Shown here: piece after piece, positions 39,201 to 49,408 of the stretch
Numbering within the stretch: the stretch's first letter is position 1
Layout of the letters: the number at the start of each line of letters is the position of its first letter
Source: Euglena gracilis
Taxonomy: Eukaryota
DNA length: 64,000 bases
Assembly (NCBI GenBank): GCA_039621445.1
Contig: CP154954.1
Location: 22,270,954 to 22,334,953, forward strand
Direction of reading: 5' to 3'
The notes under the pieces: generated by a model
What the model saw: the letters and a program-made list of their open reading frames with translations, nothing else
Database searches by the model: none
Told to the model about the DNA's origin: nothing
Position numbers and translations under genes: made by a program

Positions 39201-39991
39201 CCAACGCGGCCCCGGCGGCCAGAAGATGCGCCGCATGGAGCCCTCGGCGGCATGCACCCCCGCCACCCGGGTCAGTACGTCGCATCCAGGGCGGCGAGGA
39301 CCAGGTTTTCCGGCGCCCCCGACGCGGAGCATCCGCAACGCCACGGCGTATTCAATCGGGCTTCACAGTTCGCCCGACCCCTGACGGTCGATGCCACCAT
39401 CCCAGCGGGTGTGGCAATCCCCTGTGTCCCAAGGCAAGTCAATCCGAACCCCCAATGAGACGGGGTTGGCTGGCCATACCTGGTCCGACCCCCAGAGGGG
39501 CCACTTTCAAAAAAGTCAGTCCCTTTTCAAAAACCAGTCACCCACCTCCCCCACGGGGAGGGGGTCGATCACTTTGGCCACTCGGATGTCGGGTCGGCCT
39601 TGGCCATCTCCGAGCCTTGGCGCTGGGGCGCGAACCTGGCCACCCCCTTGGGTTAAGCCAAATGCAGTACCGGGGGGGGGGGTAGCCACGCTTAAGCAAG
39701 GGGTTGCTCCTGGGGCCCCCAAGGACTTGTGGCGAAACTCGAGAACAAAATTCATCACACCCCCCACCAAAAACCCCCCACCCCCCCCCCCCCCCCCCCC
39801 GGCCCCCCCCCCCCCCCCCCCCCACCACCCCCCCACCCCCCCCCCCCGCACCCACCACCCCAACACCCAAACCCCCCCCCCCCCCCCAAAAACCACACCC
39901 AAAAAAAAAAAACCCAGCCCCCCCCCAAAAAACCAGTCAAAACCAAAAAGCAAAAAATCAAAGAAAAAAAAAAAAACAAAAACACACACCC

Positions 39992-40023
<32 letters not shown>

Positions 40024-40533
40024 CCCTGGCCGCGGCAGGGAAGGCCGGGCAGACCACCCCCAGCTCCTGCAGCGAGTTGTCCACCAGCAGCACCCGGCCG
40101 ACCGCGCCGCCGCCGGCCAGCGCGCGCAGCACAGCGCACGGGCCGGTGTGGTATGGGGAGTCCCCGCTGTCCCCGCGAGGTGCGTTGTGGCGTTTGTTTG
40201 GAGCCATTTCCTGACCGAGCAATAATTTACGTGTTTTCTGTGAGTCAGAGTGCTCTCCATTGGGCGACAAGAAGCCAAATCCCCCCTTAAGTTGCACTAA
40301 GGCTTCTTGTCTGACTTCGCTGACTTCGCCTCTGGCCCAGTTGTGTGGTGAGTGTCCAGGGACCCCTTACACCAGTACTCTTTTGTTGCTCCCCCTGGCC
40401 AGGTGAGTAACTCTGGTGTTATTCCAGTGCTGTGGGGACATACACTCACCTTGTGTGGTTGGTGTGGTCCCCAGAAGCCAAATCCCCCTGACATTACACA
40501 ATCCACAAAACCCCCACCATCACCAGCGCTTTG

Positions 40534-40608
<75 letters not shown>

Positions 40609-43600
40609 GCCCTGGCCATCCAACTTTGAGGCATCCTCCAGGTGGATGCAGAGGGAAGAGGGCGGGAGGGCGTCCCGTTTCGTCGATATGCCAACGGCCC
40701 CATCCAGTGTGAAATGACGACTGTCGGGCAGCTGGAGCAGGGTTGTTCCTTTGGCCATTGGAAGGAGGGCCGGAGCGTACCACCCGCCCAAACACATGCA
40801 GCAACTCAGAAACAACCCTGATTGGAAGATGTGACTGCCCAGGGTCAGAGACAGGTCCTCGGTTCAAAAAGTACAGCCGGAGTCCGCTCATCAAATTAGA
40901 AGGCCACCGGTGAACAGAACACTGGACTACACTAAACTATGACAAAAAAGACAGCTCTCAGGATGGGAGGGGCTCTTCAGCACACGGAGGGGAGCGGGTG
41001 GGGGCCTGGGGGGAACGCCGAAATGCCGGCGGAAGGGACGGAGGCGCGGCACGTGGCGGTCGCTCTGCCGTATGAAAAGGTCCGTGACAGAGCCGGCGGT
41101 CAGCAGTAGGTGGTGGGTGGGGTCGGGGGTCAGGCTGGTTTTAAGACCACGGGACTCCGGGGGGGGGGGGGGGGGGGGGACCCGGCATTTCTAACAGTTT
41201 TCCTGCGCTTTGTGTCGAAACCCACCCACCCAACCACCCACCCCCTGGGTGGGGGGCTTTCCAAGGGAAAAAGGAGCCTGGGCGGGGAGGTTCCGGCACG
41301 CTGCGAGGAGGTCGGCCAGCCCCTGCTCGTCCACCAGGCCGCAGGCAAACACTCCTCTGGGGAAAGTCCCAGCGGCCAGAGGGCAACAACGCTGTTGTTG
41401 GCTAACCCACGGAGTCCGACAGTGTCGTGAACAACCTGTTCACAATTGTGCTGTAGTCCCCCCGGGGGGGGGGGGGGGGGCTGGGTTTGTATGGGAAGCC
41501 CTGGGGGTCCAAGCCCTCCCCCAACGAGGGGTGGGTCGGACCCCTTCCTACCTCAAAAAGGTGAGGGGCCGGGACAATTTTCGGTTCTGTGGACGGTCAA
41601 AAGGCTGGATACCAGCCAAAATCGTTGAAAGGTCCCTGGTTTTTCTTTAAGAAAAAACCCCAAAAAGCTCAGTTTTCGAATTCTTCGAAAAAATTTTATG
41701 TGGGAAACACCAAAAGATAAAAAACGTCGCATTTTAAGGTGCGCAGCACCGCAAAATTTTTCGCTATTTTTGGAACCTGAAAAGGGGGGGCTGGGAGTCC
41801 GGGCACCCTTCCGGGGGGGGGGGGGGCCGGGCCCCCCAACAACCCACCTATACCGGACACCGACAGGCTTCCCAGACATCCCTGCCTGGAGGGGGGTGTT
41901 CTTTGGCGGTGAGAAACAGCCTGAATGCGACCGCTGCACCACCCCACCGGGCAAAGATTTGCCTCAGGCGAGCCAGGGATGGAAGGGATGGAACGTGTGA
42001 TGCCTCACTGGACAGCGAACAACGCGCCGGTGCAAAGTGTGCCAGTGTGGTGTCCACCTTCCGCGTAAAACGTTGGAGGATTGCGCCCGGCGGGGCGGGT
42101 CGGACGGGGCCGGTGAACGTCATGCAACGGGAGCCAGGGGGCCTTTGGGCGCTGCGGGGCCCGGCGGTGGCGGTGGTGCACAGCAGCGTGTCGTCCACGT
42201 CCCACACGATGAGGGTGGCCCTGCCCATAGGCATTCCCTTCGTGAATACGCATTTCCTTGGGCCCAACCCCACCTTCTTTCAGGTGCCCACCCACGCACG
42301 ACCCCCCAGGGAGATCAATCCACCCACCCACCCATTCACCCACCAAAACCTAACCTCCCACCCCAGCCTAATAGAAGCATGGGTGCGCGGACCGCCGCCT
42401 CTGGCGGCGAGGGGGGGGGGGGTGCGCTGGTATTTGGACCCAAGCCGTGTGATTTTTGTTGGTTTCCTTCAGATATCTTATCATAAACGGGGGGTGCTGG
42501 ACCGCCACCTTCGTTGGGGGGAGGCGTTTTTATTTGGACCCTGCGCTTGTGGTGGCCCCGTGCTTCTCTTAGGGGGGGGGGTGCCAATTGCCCGAAACCC
42601 TTGAAAACACTTGTACCAGGCCAGACTGATCCCTCTCTGGGGGTTTAAGAGAATCTATGGCCCCATCGCAGAGGGGCAGCAGCTCCGTGTAGCGCTGGAT
42701 CAGGTGGGGGAAGCAGTGCCGGTGGCTGGCCATTTGCGTGGGGAGGAGGAAGGGGGTGGGGCTGAGGCACGAGGACACCGGGGAGTGGGAAAGAAAGGGG
42801 GGGGCCGCGCCACACCGAGCCAGGGACCGGGGGCAACGTTGCGGAGGACACCGGCATTGGGTTTCACCGCCCGGCCGACACACCACAACGCCAGGCTTTC
42901 CAGCCAGCAGCTCGTAGCTGGGCTACGGACCCCCCCCCCCGGGGGGTCGAACGGTAATAAAGTTTCACAGCCTACAGGCCGGTCGACTGGCACGTCTCCA
43001 GGCATGCACCACGCCCCTGAATGGCGAAGCCACCGGCGGAAGGCGGCGCACACCCGTCCAAACTGCTGGAAGTGCTCCCACAGGACCTCTGTGGTGGCGG
43101 TGGGCGGCAACGCCCCGATGAAGATCCGCCGCGTCCGCATCACCGTCGCCAGCTCCTCCTCTGCGGACCCGCAACGGGAGGGGCCCGGGAACGGAGGCAC
43201 TTCAACCATTTCCCGCCCAGAGGCTACAGCGCCCAGTCAGCCCCCTGGAGGGAACTCTGAGCTGACTGACGCTGAAGGTGGTGCGATGAGTTGCTTTGCC
43301 CAACTAAAGCGATGGGGGGGGGCCCACTTGCCGTCCCTGGCCGACGTTTGGCCTCGCTGCAGCTCATTCCCACGGAAGGGAACACAAATGCAAAAGCAGA
43401 AGCGTGACAGCCGTCCATCCAATAGGCAAGTTAACTCTCGGCTGTATGGAATGGAAAGATGGTTCTCGTTCTTCTTTTGAGCGTTTGGCTGGGGGCGGAG
43501 GACCAGTTGACCAGGCGAAGGCGAGGGGGGAGCGCGCAGAGGCTGGGGAATGAGGCGCACCAGGGACTGCACTCTTCACGTCGAGGGTGTTCCCCTGCAA

Positions 43601-46600
43601 TGTGTGGGCATGCACCATCGGCGACAAGAAACGGGCGTTGACGAGCGGCGTGCCACCCCGGGCTCTGTTTCATCCGTCCCAGGTGGGTCTTGGACTCTCC
43701 AGTCCCCCCCCATTCTGAGTAAACAACAAAAAATTCCCATTCATCATTTTTTCTGATCATTTCCACAAATTTTCGAGTGCTTGGAGCCAGGACTTTATTT
43801 AGACTCACACAAATAACACACTTCCCACCACTGAATCGAGACAAAAGATAAACCTGTTACACCGTTTGGAAACCTTTCAGAAGCATATGCTGCACCATTT
43901 GGTGGGGGATTTGACTCAAAGGGTTACGTGCAACTGGACGCGATAAAAACATCAGAAGTGTGTTTCATCCGTCCTCACAATCCAAAACCAGAAACAATTT
44001 TCTTCCACAGAAAACAACAAAAAACAGGTGCAGGGGTGCAAAGGAGAGGGGCAAAGAGCATTCCCGCCCCAAGTTCTGTGCCCACAAATACCAAAACAAA
44101 ATTGTCTCCTCCGGCGGAAGTTTTCCTTCAAAGCCTGTGCCACCCTGGGATCTGGGCGCGACCAGACGACGGCGCCTCGCAGCCGTTCCTGGGCAGTCCG
44201 TTGCGCACCGCCTCCTCCGGGCTGGTAAACGTCACGAAGCCAAAGCCCCGCGACTTGCCATCCTGGACGACGACGCGCGCCTGCTTCACCTGGGGGGGGG
44301 GGCAGGGCGGTGTGGCGGTGATGCACGCGTCTGCCTGGGGTGGGGGGTGGGGGGGGTGGCAACTTGCAGCCTTTTGGACTCAACCACTGGCTGTTGGCAA
44401 CAGGGTCATCGGTGAAGGCGTCCTTTGAAAAGCCAATGAGCATTACTGTTGGGCAATCTTGCACTGACCTCTTGTTAGTAGAAGGACCAAGAAGGCGACC
44501 GAATCCGTTGCCCAGCGAAATGCAGGAGACGGTGGAGAAAGAAGATAGCCAACTGGACCGCATTGGTTTGAAAATTTGGAGTGGTGGAGGGCCCATGCCC
44601 CTCCTTTCTTGACAAAAACCATGTGCCTGCGGCCTCGGCATGAGCACAGCCAGAGATAGAATAAAAAAAATGCAATCACCAACACACCTCACCGAAGCGC
44701 AAGAAATAGTCCCGGAGGTCCTCATTTGTGGTGGCTCTGTTCAGCCCGCCAACGAAATACATACCTGGCAGACGGCGGGAAAATGGATTCATAAAATTCC
44801 TGCTTCGGTTTGATCCATCCGCTCCCGAGCCAGCTCTAAAGGCTTGGACTGCGTTTGATTTCAGTGGAGCTGTTCGGCCCTCCCGCCACCTCGGAACAGA
44901 AAGCCCCCCCCTCCGTCACTTGGCCATGGGGTGTGGTCCAAACCCAGAGCCACCGGACTGCTGGCCGAACTTGGAGCGGGAACCCTCTGCCCGTGAGGCA
45001 CAAACCCCCGATACTGGGGTTGTGATGCACAGAAAGCCAACTTTGGGGCACTGAGGGCGACCCCAAAGAAGGGGGAGGCAGCGCGCGGCGGTGTGAAGAG
45101 GGGGGCCGACCGGTGACGTCCTGCGCCCGGCGGGGCTTCTGGCCCGGGAGGGGGAGCGGCGCCGGCGGCCCGAAGGCGGCCGCCGCGCTGTCCCAGTGCG
45201 TCGTCCCCAGGGCTGTACGGGGTGGCCTGGGGGGGGGGGCGACCAGGCTGTTTCTAACCCACCCGGGGGGGGAGGGGGGGTCCGGAGTGCCTGTGAGTGC
45301 CTGCCCAGGCAGACACCCCCCCCCCTGTGTGCACTGTGGCTGTTTTTTTTGGTGCCTTTTATCCCTTCTTCTGGCCCGGCGCTGTTGTTCGCCTCTGGCC
45401 CTTTTTGTCTGTGTACGTGGAGGTGGCCGGACCCCGGGGGGGGGGTCGGCACCCAACTAAAAAACAGCCTGGGGGCCACCCTCCAACCTGGAGGTGGGGG
45501 GTCGACCCCCCCCACCCACCACAACATTTTCACAGATTTTTTTTTACAAATCCACCCGGCGCCTTTGGCAGTGGGAAAAAAATTTGGGGTCGAAAATTGG
45601 TGCTCCCAGAAATACGGCATGAGGTGGTGGGGAGTGGTCGACCGCCCCCTCACCCACAATGCAGGAGGGGGGGGGGGTCGACCCCCCACCATACAATTTT
45701 TTACCGACCCCTCGAAAAACCAGTCAGTCACTTTTTTGGGAAACCAGTCAGTCACTACCCCCGGGGGGGGGGGGGTCGGCCACTCTGGAATCCAAAGGAA
45801 ATTTGACCAAAAACATGAAAAAAAGCCATTTTTTTCCGGTGCCTTCAGCGCCGGGTCACTTAAGTGGATTTTTGCTGAGCCCCCTGGGGGAGGGGGTCTG
45901 GGCCAAAAACCAGTCAGTCACTCTGAAACAACCAGTCAGCCACCCCCCCCCCCGGGGGGGTCAGCCAGTGACGAAGTGATTGACTGCCCCCCACCACCCT
46001 GGCTGTTTGGCCGCTTCCCGTACTGCCCTGGTCCTCGCCCCTGGGCTGGGACCGCCATAGGGGGGTGGGGGGCCGGCCATGAGAGCGGCAGGGAACGCCG
46101 CACCGGGCCGGCCCCCAGCGGGGGAGGGCGCCCAGTCCGGGCTGGGGGCAGGCCCCAGCAGGGGCGTGGCCTCCGGAGGGGGGGGGTCTCCGTGGGGTCT
46201 GGGGTGAGACCCCGTATTGCACCGGCATTGCACCCGCACTGCACCTGCACTGCACCCGCACTGCACCCGCACTGCACCCGCACTGCACCCGCACTGCACT
46301 AGAAGGTGTGCCAAATCGAGGCGGGGTGGCTGGGGAGTGTCGGGTGGCGGAACGCCCCCGAGACACAACTGCAGCCCTGTGCGGCGTGTGATTTGGACGC
46401 GCGAACACAGCAGAACTTGGGCGAATAATCTTGACATTAACGCGCAAAGAAGCTATCCATTTCTTCGGATGGGTCTGTGTCTTTCACGCAAGATTCATCA
46501 AACAAAAAATAGAAGGGGGAAACCACAGGTTTGTTTGACAGGTGGAGGCCATTTACTGCAGAAAAACCTCTGAAACGTTTTGGGGTTGTGTCTAGTGCAA

Positions 46601-47598
46601 AGTGCTGCAATTGCGACCAGGGTGATATTTGGGGGATTGGAGAGGGCGACCGTGCCCAAAACGTGGCTGACAGCGCCAGTTTTGCCGCTGGGGGGGCGTC
46701 TCTTTCGGCCATTCCAAAAGAACAAGAACAAACCCCTTCATTCGCAGTCCAGCCGGAGGCCCCCCTCATCTGGTCTGGGGTTGTGTCACACTCCTCCGAG
46801 GCCTGAGCAAGGGGCACGCCGAGGGGCCCCATCGTCTCCCGCCTGCAGAGACATCGACGTGCACAGGGACCTCCATGGCAGTGGCAGGCAGGCAGTTGGC
46901 GGAGCGAGGCGGACACAACGCACTGCCGCGGAGAAATCATGGCATGTGGTTGACGGGTGAATGACAAGAAACCAACTGGTTTGCCCCAGGGGCTAGGCCA
47001 CCACAGTACAAGCACTCACCCGCAACTTCACAACCTCGGGGCAGGAGGGAACGCAAGGGGGGTCGGAGCACACTGGGGCTTGGGGTCCGCTTTCTTCACG
47101 TCTGCCCGCTTCCCGCGGAACTCATGCACTGAGCAGCGCACCGCGCAATCCGCCCCGTCGTCGTTCTCAAATGTGACAAATGCACAGTTCTGCAACGAAC
47201 AACAAAATACCAAGCGCTCAAATTCAAATAGCAGAAAAGCTGGTGAGAACTCCTCCATGTGAACAAGCTGCATTACCGACAGGTAACGGGGGACCCCGCC
47301 TCCATGACACTCGACCTCACGTGGGGGGGGGCTACCAGGAATTTGCCGGTGCCCTTCTCGTGCAGCAGCTCCACAGCGGTGACGCGGCCAAACTGCTGGA
47401 AGTGGGCTGCCAGCTCCTCCACGAGGATATCCCGTGGCAGCGCCCCGACGAAGCACCGTCGAGTCTTCACCAGCAGGTGCATCTCATGGGCTGTTGGGTA
47501 GAGTGGCAGGCAATGCAGCATGCGCGCGTGTGTGTGTGGCGTGCGCGCGCATGTGTGTGTGTGTGTTGTGTGGGTGTGTGGTGTGTGGTGTGGGTGTG

Positions 47599-47673
<75 letters not shown>

Positions 47674-47682
47674 TGTGTGTGT

Positions 47683-47717
<35 letters not shown>

Positions 47718-49408
47718 TGTGTGTGGTGTGGGGGGGGGTGTGTGGGTGGGTGTGGTTGTGTGTGTGTGTGTGTGTGTGTGCTTGCGTGTTATATGTTTGT
47801 GCGTGTAAGTGTGCGCACGCGTGCCAGTGCAGCACAGGCCCTTCGGATAAGTCTTAGGGCGGTGCAAAACACACATCGACAGGAAAAACTGAAAAAAAGA
47901 AAAACAACACGCAAAAACTGTGTGGTGATGACATCCCTGTCAGTCTCCAGAAATTTTGGGGATTTGGGTTCAGCTTTTGTGTTGGGGCACAGATATGCAA
48001 CCCCCCCCCACGTCCCACGTGGACCCTGGGCGGGAGAGGCCCGCACCAGGCACTGCCAGCTTGACCTCCACCACCTTGCCATTGATACAGTGCTCCGAGG
48101 TGGTGAGGGCCAGTTCATCCTCCTGTGCGCGACAGGGGGACCTGCCATCACTGCCAATACCTTTGTGGAAAGCAGGAACTGTCGGAGGGAGGACAGAGAA
48201 ACAAAAGGGGGCGCGACAAAACCGACTAAGAGGCAGCGCCACAACTTTTGTAATTGAACGTTCCTGAGTGCAAGAATGGGCCTTGGGCATGGGGGAAAAT
48301 CGGTGGCACCGCCAACAAAAAAATCACTGGAAATAACAATTTCACATATGGTGGAGGGGGTGCAAATATGGTGGTGGATTTTAAAGCTGGAGTGTTGTTG
48401 GGCAATACCAAAATTTGGGAATGTGAATCTCTACGTTGGTGGAAAATGCGTGCATCTGATGTACACTTCATTTTCAGAGGCAAATTGCTAAATTTCTGGT
48501 CTAATGTTAAAATTATGGGGTTCTAGGGGCAGAGTTTTTTTTTTATCGAGCAACTCCCAGTTTTGGTTGGGAATTCCTGATTTTGGATGTCACCGTCTTT
48601 TATCGCATATCGGTAGAGACATCAGATTTTGTAGCTAAACTTCCCCTGCCTTGAACCCATGTTCAATTTCTTTTGGTTTTGGCCAAAAAATTGGATTCCA
48701 AACCAAAACCGAGTGTGAAAACGCTAAGAATCCAAAACGAAAAGGCTCAAATGTCGACAGAAAAAAAGCTATATCGAGAGGGGGACTGAAATATTGAGAA
48801 AGATATATCAAACACAAACCAGATTCCCTCAAATGTGTGCTGCGAAAAGGCGAATTGAATCACACCTGGACGGTGACGAACCCAAAGCCTCGCGACTGTG
48901 ACGTCCCCTTGAGCCGCATGACCTTTGCCTCCAGCACCTGCACAGACACCAGCAAACTGCATGGACAGCTCCCCTCCCCCCGCCCGCAAGTCCTGCAAGT
49001 TGGGGGGGGAAACTTGCCAAAGCTAAGCTGCCCACTGCCAAAGACGCCGGTGGCTTTTCGAAAATGTGGTCGAAATTTGTTGATTTTGGATGACTGGAGC
49101 GGTAAACCCTAACCCCTAAACCCTATATTACCATTTTTTACGCTACACCTGGGGGGATTTAGAATGGATTTTTTGAAAGGGAACGTGACCCCCCTGCCCC
49201 CAGTGGTCGGCAAGCAATGGGTGCACGGGATCACTCTGCCGAGACAACAAATTCTCCGGAAGAAAGCGTAGGCCAACTCTCCTCCCCGAAGACATGGGGG
49301 TTCCCCGCCGTCCCGGCACACCGCCCCAAACGCCTCGAAATGGACCCGCAGGTCATCGTCCGTTGTCTCCGGGGACAGGCCCCCCACGAAGTACTGCGTC
49401 CCATCCAT
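10846..49408 (-). CDS. Multi-exon RNA-binding protein with four RRMs (Musashi/hnRNP A1/DAZAP1-like RRM pairs); probably continues into the VIT-like exons at 1-5490
   Basis: Hand-spliced exons. RRM1: 49322-49408 (MDGTQYFVGGLSPETTDDDLRVHFEAFGA), 48866-48937 (VLEAKVMRLKGTSQSRGFGFVTVQ), 48047-48122 (HCINGKVVEVKLAVP). RRM2: 47336-47490 (RRCFVGALP..HFQQFGRV), from 47189 (NCAFVTF..GKRADVKKADP). RRM3: 44688-44764 (MYFVGGL), 44195-44289 (SRGFGFVTF), 43561-43619 (HTLQGNTLDVKSAVP). RRM4: 43054-43160 (RRIFIGALP..QFGR), 15750-15866 (IVDCEIVYDKVTKRPKGCGFVVF), from 15498 (VLGQRVDVKKAEP). Then 14906-14974 and from 10903. RNP1/RNP2 motifs are clear and most junctions are in-phase GT-AG; the linker at 46100-47050 is unresolved. 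Confidence 0.85.
11058..14770. repeat. Two diverged tandem copies of a complex repeat (~11058-13158 and ~13381-14770) in an intron
   Basis: Shared start (GGTTGGTCG..CTCTTATCCCTTTATGGGTAAGAGCGAAGCTTA..CAGCTGATTATCACCATGATCCCGGC), shared internal ATGAAGCAAAATCAAAGGAAAT subrepeats and shared end CCCATTAAGAGCTCAGCACTATTCAAA(A)CCTGGTTTATA. Confidence 0.8.
12619..13015. mobile_element. MITE with TA TSD
   Basis: TA-CCTCCCCCCCCCCTTGTCTAAGCACC ... GGTGCTTAGACAAGGGGGGGGGAGG-TA. Confidence 0.8.
16462..36760 (-). CDS. Actin-fragmin kinase (AFK)-like atypical kinase domain; multi-exon, C-terminal part of the nested gene
   Basis: Spliced reading: LVEL|ADCGGVRSIEQAEDGSSGGVFFLHFE..VLKSSSAIAAEAFAAGLA|ERLGVCAPRCAVAAWPS|KSWHLLQEAAHLPGNSA|GLQRALARALQRPQLMVQERVPGRPL..VGKAVLL|NVFLNNGDSVACGDVWDNPGNRGNAVLD..LYLVDL..|EDWEGVWQAGVAAIHPAYLEALW..ALA*, with TGA at 16462-16464. 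Motif order (GS.GV.F, V.K, E.F...LA..LG...P, mE.v.G, NN.D..W.N.GN..N, hhD) resembles AFK/PHS1 kinase domains; the usual DR reads DS. Confidence 0.75.
16565..17061 (-). mobile_element. Nonconventional intron with perfect 8-bp TSD
   Basis: TSD TCCTCCGC at 16562-16569 and 17059-17066. TIRs CAGGGAATCG and CAGGGCATCG (9/10). Removal restores RVAEDWEGVW. Confidence 0.85.
17274..18485 (-). mobile_element. Nonconventional intron with perfect 8-bp TSD, filled with GT/CA microsatellites
   Basis: TSD GCCACGCC at 17271-17278 and 18483-18490. Minus-strand ends are CAGGGCTGACTGG and CCATTCAGCTTTG. Removal restores GRGVASAAQCLDRL. Confidence 0.85.
17325..18345. repeat. (GT/GGGT)n arm at 17325-17960 and complementary (CA/ACCC)n arm at 18090-18345
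   Basis: Read directly from the sequence. Confidence 0.95.
19517..20521 (-). other. Nonconventional intron with atypical 6-nt (2+4) offset
   Basis: TIRs CAGCGGCCCGGCC vs CAGCGGGCCGGCC (12/13). The in-frame join VGKAVLL|NVFLNNGD needs 6 rather than 8 flanking nt removed. Confidence 0.6.
23738..26370 (+). pseudogene. Academ-like DDE transposase with two in-frame TAG stops and a probable frameshift
   Basis: One frame runs across ORFs 23543-25111, 25112-25603 and 25604-~25850. Motifs: VVWFDN (D at 24278), PVLVLADENIWYRA (D at 24716), LLYGVWH (24818-24829), SEELNEAAISRL (~25634-25648). These resemble the Academ D / D-x-x-(L/I)W..A / GxxH / E pattern (recalled, not searched). TAG at 25109-25111 and 25601-25603; coding-like sequence shifts frame at ~25850-25990. 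Start codon uncertain. Confidence 0.6.
27814..31823 (+). CDS. ParB/Sulfiredoxin-like N-terminal domain protein with a possible degenerate DNA-methyltransferase-like fold and a Lys/Glu/Pro-rich tail; at least 5 exons
   Basis: In-phase GT-AG introns 28175-28385, 28709-28904, 29197-29393 and 30002-30257. Spliced reading: GQIRPVRQPAVEEKYNALVVNPPDHPVEVVVWAADPLG|AKYVVIGGQHVVSALQRL, a ParB/Srx-type R..P.hhh..YhhhxGxH..A pattern. May extend to 32539 through an acceptor at 31792. Confidence 0.7.
33764..33957. mobile_element. MITE flanked by TTAA
   Basis: TTAA-CTACTGCCCCCCCCC ... GGGGGGGGGCAGTAG-TTAA. Confidence 0.75.
34058..34600. mobile_element. Long-TIR MITE inserted in a (TA)n tract
   Basis: ~90-bp TIR beginning GGCAGCAAGATTCTACTTGCCCC..GGGGCCAAGTATAATCTCCAGGGGG. 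A third terminus copy at ~34712 also follows (TA)n. Confidence 0.85.
35098..35606 (-). other. Nonconventional intron (509 bp)
   Basis: TCG|GCG-CAGGCCGTCCCTTCC ... GAAAAGGAAGGTCTG-CCCTC|AAG. Removal restores WPSKSWHLL. Confidence 0.7.
35659..35934 (-). mobile_element. Nonconventional intron = 268-bp hAT-like MITE plus one TSD
   Basis: Perfect 16-bp TIR CAGGCTTCTTTTTAAG (35664-35679, 35916-35931) and perfect 8-bp TSD TCCGCCAG (35656-35663, 35932-35939). Removal restores GLAERLGVCAP. Confidence 0.9.
36225..36383. repeat. (GCGT)n/(GT)n microsatellite
   Basis: Read directly from the sequence. Confidence 0.95.
36557..36685 (-). other. Nonconventional intron (129 bp)
   Basis: CT|GCC-CAGGGCCCGG ... 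CCGAGCTCTG-GCACA|G. Removal restores VELADCGG. Confidence 0.65.
37090..42733 (-). CDS. HAD-superfamily hydrolase-like exons; probably the N-terminal part of the same gene as the AFK-like domain
   Basis: ATG at 42733 follows a pyrimidine tract. Spliced reading: MASHRHCFPHLIQRYTELLPLCDG|ATLIVWDVDDTLLCTT (motif I DxD)..PRS|GLVDEQGLADLLAACRNLP|DPTHHLLLTAGS (motif II)..RVLLVDNSLQEL (motif IV, ~40070-40100). More coding-like exons at ~39200-39282, 38480-38687, 37850-37975, 37373-37525 and 37135-37190. Junctions between 40980 and 37100 are not all resolved. Confidence 0.6.
40536..40606. repeat. (CA)n microsatellite
   Basis: Read directly from the sequence. Confidence 0.97.
41125..41283 (-). other. 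Nonconventional intron of the same TIR family as 35664-35931
   Basis: CAGGCTGGTTTTAAG from 41131 and AAAAAGGAGCCTG ending 41280. Needs a 3+6 offset (one extra C in a homopolymer) to restore NLP|DPTHHLLLTAGS. Confidence 0.6.
41341..42150 (-). other. Nonconventional intron with CAA/TTG ends
   Basis: AGC|GCC-CAAAGG ... GTTTG-CCTGC|GGC. TSD 5/8. Removal restores PRSGLVDEQ. Confidence 0.65.
42221..42662 (-). other. Nonconventional or intermediate intron with CAT/ATG ends
   Basis: GG|GGC-CATAGATTCTCTT ... AAGGGAATGCCTATG-GGCAG|G. TSD 5/8. Removal restores LCDGATLIVWD. Confidence 0.65.
43620..44194 (-). other. Nonconventional intron inside RRM3
   Basis: CT|GCC-CAGGAACGG ... CCGTTTCTTG-TCGCC|GATG. 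Removal gives FTSPEEAVRNGLMVHAHTLQGNTLDVK. I found no in-phase GT-AG alternative. Confidence 0.75.
45203..46033 (-). other. Nonconventional intron, TIR 12/13, TSD 6/8
   Basis: CAGGGCTGTACGG from 45208 and CCGTACTGCCCTG ending 46030. Minus-strand flanks GCGAGGAC vs GGGACGAC. Removal restores PGAR|THWDSAAAAF. Confidence 0.75.
47520..47781. repeat. (GT)n microsatellite in an RRM-gene intron
   Basis: Read directly from the sequence. Confidence 0.97.

Noticed and set aside
39770-40025. Proline/lysine-rich ORFs over poly-C/poly-A runs
   Set aside because: Low-complexity homopolymer tract, possibly low-quality sequence, within an intron.
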